Assembly (NCBI GenBank): GCA_030141605.1
Contig: JAQGDQ010000257.1
Span: 245,897 to 309,896 of the forward strand
Direction of reading: 5' to 3'
Source of the DNA: Tubiluchus corallicola
Taxonomy: Eukaryota > Animalia > Priapulida
Length of the DNA: 64,000 nt
Of this stretch, positions 39,901 through 64,000 are shown piece after piece (position 1 is the first letter of the stretch; each line of letters opens with the position of its first letter). The notes beneath the pieces are model-generated. The model was not told the origin of the DNA and searched no databases. It saw only the letters and a list, made by a program, of their open reading frames with translations. Made by a program: the position numbers and the translations under genes.

Positions 39901-40519
39901 CGTGAATGGAAATAAAATTAGTGGCCCATTATCAAGAACTGTATCCAAACATGGTAAATACCAAAAAATACTCATAATTATTTACAATTCTACGTTCAAA
40001 ATACTGTTGGATAATGACGGAACGTGCAGTTATTGAATTTTGCATAAAAATTGATCAAAAGGAAGTGCCAAAAGACGAAACTACAAGATCTCACAACCCC
40101 TTGAGATCATAACAAACCTTAATTCAATTCTGATAGTTCACCAACCAATTCAACATTTTCAAGTGTTACCTTATTCATGCTTAAGTAATTGCCCACTAAT
40201 CTGATTACTTTTCTTAATTAAATAGTTAATAATAAATTCCACAATAAAGAAAATAATGGTGTTTTTTTATTTATCGATAATTAGTTAATTGAAACTTAAT
40301 ATTGTACCAGAAATTTGATAATTATGCTGTGATAAGAAGTAACTGTTACTTTTACAGACTTGGCGGCGGTCAAGTCGATCGCTCATACACGTTCAGACCG
40401 GGAAGTGTCTGGACAGCCTTTACATGCAAACCAAGGGCCTGCTCGTTTCCGACTGTCACTCAGGACTCTACACACAATTGTGGGATTTTTCACTAGAACT
40501 TCAAACTCGACAATTATAG
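4760..40519 (+). CDS. GALNT16: Polypeptide N-acetylgalactosaminyltransferase, GALNT2/14/16 group (closest to GALNT16/14), 14 exons: join(4760..4927,30158..30327,32878..32976,33596..33663,34089..34276,35010..35097,35426..35510,35745..35848,36438..36564,38076..38168,38637..38720,38808..38934,39067..39183,40358..40519), 559 aa
   Basis: All junctions are GT-AG and phase-consistent (1680 nt including TAG). Type II membrane anchor in exon 1 ([24 protein letters not shown]). GT-A motifs [45 protein letters not shown] (DxH), [57 protein letters not shown]-terminal ricin-B lectin with QxW repeats. The exon 1-exon 2 link across 25 kb is inferred from phase and the expected topology. Confidence 0.93.
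7174..7380. repeat. 69-bp tandem repeat, 3 copies
   Basis: The unit TCTCAAAAAGTGACAACTGTACTGTA..TTAACTTAGATCA starts at 7174, 7243 and 7312. Confidence 0.9.
7975..8019 (+). mobile_element. Degenerate 5S rRNA internal-promoter segment, probably part of an old 5S-containing SINE (surrounding about 7875-8180)
   Basis: 31/45 ungapped identities by hand alignment to the A-box/IE/C-box region of the 5S head of the SINE at 31199-31728. Confidence 0.55.
9340..9490. mobile_element. Right end of a Kolobok-like non-autonomous DNA transposon (same family as 47853-48527)
   Basis: Ends TCTTGTCCT|TTAA. The preceding ~150 bp align visibly with about 48378-48527. Confidence 0.6.
9870..11383. repeat. 32-bp minisatellite/satellite array (~47 units) with an internal 160-bp higher-order repeat
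   Basis: Unit CAAGCAATTGATGGCACACCCATACAGATGTA. Five variant monomers recur in fixed order four times, about 10030-10669. Confidence 0.97.
13410..13715. repeat. ~149-bp direct tandem duplication
   Basis: TTTATTCACATTTAAAATAAATAG... at 13410 and 13559. The junction motif TTTATTC recurs at 13709. Confidence 0.9.
14573..14903 (+). mobile_element. Solo LTR of an LTR retrotransposon
   Basis: TGTT...TACACA termini, TATA box TATATAA at about 14704, AATAAA at 14831, and a 5-bp flanking duplication GAACC/CAACC with one mismatch. Confidence 0.6.
16796..16860 (-). mobile_element. Very short 3' end of an RTE-clade LINE with (GAA)n tail
   Basis: The minus strand reads ...GGCGACCCCGCATAGGGAAAAGCTGGGAAGAAGAAGAA..., resembling Rex3/Expander-type RTE 3' ends as recalled. 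Confidence 0.5.
18947..19066 (+). rRNA. 5S rRNA-like sequence forming the SINE head (probably not a functional 5S gene)
   Basis: CTACGGCCAAATCACGTTGAAA..CCGGTTCTCGTC..ATCACCGAAGTTAAGC..AGTACTTGGATGG..GACCGCC..GAATACCAGGTGCTGTAG. No TTTT terminator follows. Confidence 0.8.
18949..19491 (+). mobile_element. 5S rRNA-headed SINE (SINE3) with RTE-derived body and tail, copy 1
   Basis: 13-bp TSD AATACAGTCAGAA (18936-18948 and 19492-19504). 5S head plus a ~425-bp body nearly identical to copy 2. Confidence 0.92.
20259..20483. repeat. (GAT)n microsatellite with periodic GACGTT interruptions
   Basis: Directly visible. Confidence 0.95.
21453..21851. mobile_element. hAT-like MITE with subterminal (TCGAA)n motifs
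   Basis: Termini TAGGGGTGAGC / GCTCACCCCA; imperfect 8-bp flanks TGAGTCAG/ATAGTCAG. Confidence 0.6.
22590..23119 (+). mobile_element. 5'-truncated, frameshifted RTE-clade LINE (ORF C-terminus and GAAGAAGAA tail)
   Basis: Translation [50 protein letters not shown], then GHMLRLPDD and [10 protein letters not shown], is typical of the post-RT C-terminal region of RTE elements. Confidence 0.8.
25456..25733. repeat. 89-bp tandem repeat, ~3 copies
   Basis: GTCTAGATAGAGACTCAAGACCCGATTGGTGGCCTGATACATGACCCATTTTGAAA recurs at 89-bp spacing. Confidence 0.9.
27695..27941. repeat. (CT)n microsatellite / polypyrimidine tract
   Basis: Directly visible. Confidence 0.95.
29947..30026. repeat. Perfect 80-bp AT-rich palindrome with no spacer
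   Basis: The left arm ATTTTAATGACAAATAAAGAATTAATATATACA(TA)n is the exact reverse complement of the right arm. Centre at 29986/29987. Confidence 0.95.
31197..31316 (+). rRNA. 5S rRNA-like sequence forming the SINE head (probably not a functional 5S gene)
   Basis: 120-nt GACTACGGCCATATC...AGTTAAGCAACGTAGAGCCTGGTTAGTACTTGGATGGGTGACCGCC...GGTGCTGTAGGCTT with intact A and C boxes. No T4 terminator. Confidence 0.82.
31199..31728 (+). mobile_element. 5S rRNA-headed SINE (SINE3) with RTE-derived body and tail, copy 2
   Basis: 15-bp TSD ATAATCATCAATAGA (31184-31198 and 31729-31743). Starts at the same base (CTACGGCC) as copy 1 and lacks 13 nt (CTGGTGCCAAACG) present in copy 1. Confidence 0.92.
37660..37964 (+). 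mobile_element. Probable 3' UTR/tail of a CR1/L2-type LINE
   Basis: Pyrimidine tract, stem-loop CAGTGGGCT...AGCCCACTG, then AATAAA followed by an (AAATGT)n tail. Confidence 0.45.
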
Positions 40520-41302
40520 CATTGAGTTTACACTGTGCAAGTGGATTTCCAGTGATATTGTGAATACTCAACACATGCAGCAGCTGCACTTGATAGTAGT
40601 ACATCAGACATTTTACAATTAGATGTATCTTATTATTGCTTTAATCTTAACTGCTACTCTACAAAACTAAAAGCTCAGCATTCGACCATCGTGATTAAGA
40701 AACATGGAGTAATTTTATCTTATCATCGGTAACACTATTGGCTAAGTTTTCTTTTGAGAAATAGATCTCTTGCCTTGCAAAATTTATGCTAGAATAGCAC
40801 TTATACAAGGTATATGAGGCTAATTGCTTTTCATTTTTTTATAATTTTATTATGTAATGGTCTTCTGCAGACCATAAAACATATCATTTTTGTATAGCTT
40901 TTTCGTAAATTTAAATTACTATTGTTTCTCATTTTATTGTTAAAGCACACATGAAATAATGCAGGAAAGTGATCTGATTCTAACTGATGACTTCGTGCAG
41001 ACTAAAAAAGGAACTTAGCTAGTTTTACATACGTTTAATAGCGTAATCATTTTGCTTATACGCATTATGATAGCGTAACAAACTCGCTTCCAAAGAACTC
41101 AAAAGTTGGAAAACGGGAACCAAGTCTTTTGTAAATTATGTTGTAAATTTGTAATGAAGTTTCATATTTATGAGTGATTTTTTTTGTAATATTGTGTACA
41201 TAGAAACTAAAGTGTGTACATAGATGTAGATACCAATTTTACAAACTTATTATTTATATAAATAAAACACATTTTTTTTTTACACAAGCTAAACTATATC
41301 AG

Positions 41303-60665
<19,363 letters not shown>

Positions 60666-62625
60666 TTTAAATATAAAATTTAATCAACAAATCATATGAC
60701 TTGAGGCAAATAAGAGTCCTCCGCCAAACGACAAGTCAAAATTTCACAGACAATAGACTGCTGTGTATAAATTTTCAAGGGCTATTGCTATAATACAGTC
60801 TAATGGTTTATTACTCCAACACCCGGACCAGTAATTTGAGTAATTATGATGGCACAAACTAGCCCTAGCCTTGTCACAGCGGCTCTGCTAAGTTTCGGCC
60901 TGCATACTTTAAGAATCACATAGGTCTGCTGAGAAGATTCAATTTAAAAAATATAGACTAAATTAACTTCATAAAATCTTTTATAGTGTATAGAACTATA
61001 AGCAGAATAGATAACACATGTTCAGAAGGCTGCCATAATTGTTATTGTATTGAACGTCTTGCTGTAGAGACGCACAAACTTGGTCATAGATGTAATTAAA
61101 AAACTTTGACGCAAAAGACTCCAATTTATAATCATGATAAAAATTATTTTAGTTAGGTTGGAAAATGCGCAGCTGAAAAGAAAACATCGAATAAATAAAT
61201 TTTCGTGTTCAACTTAAAAGTTATGTCTTCAAAAACATAAAATAAACATAGCAATGTATCTGTCATTGTAAAAACCCGCTGTGGTTGATTGCTTGTTAAC
61301 ATTCAGAACCTCATAATTTGATTTCCAATTCTGTCAATGAATTTCTTGAAAAATGGTAGCAAAGACAGTATGAATAGTTTACCTTAATTGATTTGTTTTC
61401 CATTTATCTCTTTTTTGTTTTTAATACTGGCCGTCATAAGACATTGTCTTTTTCCCAGTTTTGACTAAGAGTTGTGCATTACTCTCATTGAAAAATGTAT
61501 GTATTGTATGTCGTTACTGTGAACTAACAAAAGCGTTGAGAGAAAAATACAATCTAAATTTAAGTAATGTTTTGGAGTTTCGTAATATCAACCCTTTTAC
61601 ATGCGGAAAATTTTTAAGCAATTTTCTTAATTTATTTATGTAAGTGACAGTTAAGTTAGCTAAAATGTTATCACTAAATTGTTGTCCGGTTATTAATACC
61701 TTTTTCGATGTTATTATGTTAAAAAAAATTTTACTGCCATTGCTGTATATTTTGTGCGAATACTAATATTCGTTTCGTTTGTAACATTGTGCGTTACACG
61801 TATCGTTTTTGTAAATGTTTATGTAACCTTGTTGGTCGTAATGATAATAAAAGTACTACTACTATTATGAAACAGCTATACAACAGAAAGTCTGAGCCCA
61901 AATGCAACGTTTTGTTGCGCATTTATTTTTAGTTACGTATGTCTGTGTGCTCTAACAGACTTTAGTTATTTACAGATTTTGCAACTTTTAGTTGCGCAGT
62001 TGAAAATTGCATGTCTGCGCGGTCACAAAAAGGTTTCGTTAAACATCCAAAAGGCATTTAATCTATACTACTATATGTTTGCAAAACATAATTTTTTATC
62101 TTGGGTTTCCGCCGTTCAAGCACACTGAGCAATTGAAACAAGCCGACATACTACATATAAAAATATAGCTATGACAAGCGGAAAGAAAGAAAACAAACTC
62201 TGAACTAAGACTTTTTTTAAAATTTTATTGCGTGCATATGTGGTTAGTACATTACATATATAGTTTGGCCTATAAATATCACACTTGCAGTTGCTAAATC
62301 TTTGGCCACTTCATGCTTAGTTGTTTCAAACATGAGTTATTGTTTGTCTACAGTTGACCATCAAGTTAAACTTTATCATTTCGCGTGACAAATGCTTTTG
62401 ATAAAAATAATTATATTTTATTACTGAATGCATTTTCACATTTTGGTAATTTATTGCTTTTTTCTCTTTTTTGTTTGTTTGTTGTATCGCGGTATCAAAG
62501 TACACCAGGAAAACACTATAACGGCAGGATATGCACTATGCAGTTCATAGACGAACTAGAAAAAAATAAACTTATATTAATTAATTGTTGTTATGCTGTA
62601 CATAATAGGTTGTTTGATCAGTAGT

Positions 62626-63909
62626 TTATGCTTTTCCATAATTGGTTTCGAGAGTTTGAAGAACAGTTTGCCTAATGTCACTTGGTGAGGCAGATGAAAA
62701 TCCAGTGTTGCCCTGTAAGGCATCAGAGGCTTCACCAGAGATAGCCACTAAGCCAGTCCCTGCATCTCCTGCTCCTCTAATACTGACTCTGTATCCAGCA
62801 GGTGCAACGTATCTGCGCAGGCCTAATCCATAGCCATGACCGAATCCTCCATAGCCAGCGCCATAATATCCACCCAGACCACTGCCGACGACGGCCACAA
62901 CTCCGCCATCGTCACCGTCATCACCATCATCACCGTCATCTCCATCATCACCTCCGTCATCACCAACTACAAATAAGCCGCCATCAATTACTCCGCCATC
63001 AATTACTCCGCCACCTAATCCAATACCAACTACACCAGCATCATCTACTGCAGCAGCACCACCGACGGAAACTGGTTGTTGAACAACAGCTGCTCCAGGT
63101 CTCACATTAGCAGGAGCAATTCCTACAGCTTGGATTCCGCTGTATCCAACTGGTCTGGCAAAACTGTAAGCAGCTCCAGCAGATCCTGCTCCTTGACTGA
63201 TGGCAGTTTGGGTGAAGCTGGCTTGGGCTTCCTGTTGTGCAGTTCTGTCTGCTTGACGAGCAGATGCGGCAACACCTGAACCAGAGGCAGCACGATCAGC
63301 AGAAGCAGCCTGCCATTGGCGTGCGAATCCTGCCCCCCATTGACGACCGACGACAGCTCTTCCTCTCGCTGGAGCACTGCCAGCTGGTGCTTGGCCTGCA
63401 GCTTTAGCTCTAGCTCCGGCAAAGTTGAAGTTACCATTGCCTACAAACTCATTGCTGCCTTCAAAAGAATTTTGAAGACCGATGCTAGGACCGCCGGCGG
63501 TGTAGGATCCATGTCCAACCGCTCCAATAGCACCACGTGCCGCAACAATACGATTAGCGCCCAGGGCAGCACGTCTACCAACAACTCTTCGTGCCACAAT
63601 TCGTCCTCCTAATCCCAGCCCACGACCATGGTATCCTCTAAGTCCATATCCTCCTAGTCCATATCCTCCTAGTCCATATCCACCAGCCAATCCATAGCCA
63701 CCATATCCACCCAGTCCATAACCGCCACGGTACCCACCTAGTCCATAGCCACCCCCGTATCCACCTAATCCATATCCTGCATAACCACGATATCCACCTA
63801 ATCCATAGCCACGATATCCACCTAATCCATGGCCACGATATCCACCCAGATATCCTATGCGACCCAACCTAGCCCGACGAAAAGCGCCACCAGCTGAGGC
63901 TACTGCCAC
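62626..63909 (-). CDS. Terminal exon of a glycine-rich, probably secreted structural/matrix protein (5'-partial; upstream exon outside the window)
   Basis: 427-codon open frame preceded by an acceptor (catag|GTG at 63910/63909). It begins VAVASA|GG, like the end of a signal peptide. Contains GYGLGG repeats, an Arg/Ala block and a (GDD)n block. Synonymous codon variation within the repeats argues for real coding. Candidate polyA signals (plus tttatt) at about 62450, 62417 and 62224. Confidence 0.85.
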   Translation of the reverse strand: MAVASAGGAFRRARLGRIGYLGGYRGHGLGGYRGYGLGGYRGYAGYGLGGYGGGYGLGGYRGGYGLGGYGGYGLAGGYGLGGYGLGGYGLRGYHGRGLGLGGRIVARRVVGRRAALGANRIVAARGAIGAVGHGSYTAGGPSIGLQNSFEGSNEFVGNGNFNFAGARAKAAGQAPAGSAPARGRAVVGRQWGAGFARQWQAASADRAASGSGVAASARQADRTAQQEAQASFTQTAISQGAGSAGAAYSFARPVGYSGIQAVGIAPANVRPGAAVVQQPVSVGGAAAVDDAGVVGIGLGGGVIDGGVIDGGLFVVGDDGGDDGDDGDDGDDGDDGGVVAVVGSGLGGYYGAGYGGFGHGYGLGLRRYVAPAGYRVSIRGAGDAGTGLVAISGEASDALQGNTGFSSASPSDIRQTVLQTLETNYGKA

Positions 63910-64000
63910 CTATGTGGATTAAAATGATATAAAAAAATTAACTGCGGTTTCATTTATTGTCATAACTTGTACATTTCGTTCATTTTCTAGGTTAATAAAA

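Noticed and set aside
62802-63612. Overlapping His-rich and Ser-rich ORFs on the opposite strand or in other frames
   Set aside because: They are shadow ORFs of the Gly-rich coding exon.

Overview
AT-rich, intron-rich genomic DNA from an invertebrate animal; the 5S-derived sequence looks spiralian/lophotrochozoan-like, which is an inference. There is no prokaryotic content. I reconstructed four protein-coding genes by hand from GT-AG splice sites and frame continuity: (1) TMEM223 (minus, 2 coding exons, 256 aa); (2) head-to-head with it, a complete 14-exon polypeptide GalNAc-transferase of the GALNT2/14/16 group (plus, 559 aa, 25-kb first intron); (3) a convergent, complete 13-exon PWP1 (minus, 520 aa); (4) the large terminal exon of a Gly/Tyr/Arg/Asp block-copolymer, probably secreted structural protein (minus), whose first exon lies beyond the window. 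The introns hold many mobile elements. The most notable is a young chimeric SINE in two near-identical copies with clean target-site duplications: a full-length 5S rRNA head fused to what appear to be the 5' and 3' ends of an RTE LINE. Also present are a second, degenerate 5S-derived segment, a solo LTR, hAT-, pogo- and Kolobok-like MITEs, RTE and L2/CR1 fragments, a 32-bp satellite with a 160-bp higher-order block, and a perfect 80-bp AT-rich palindrome. Family assignments rest on recalled motifs, not database searches.
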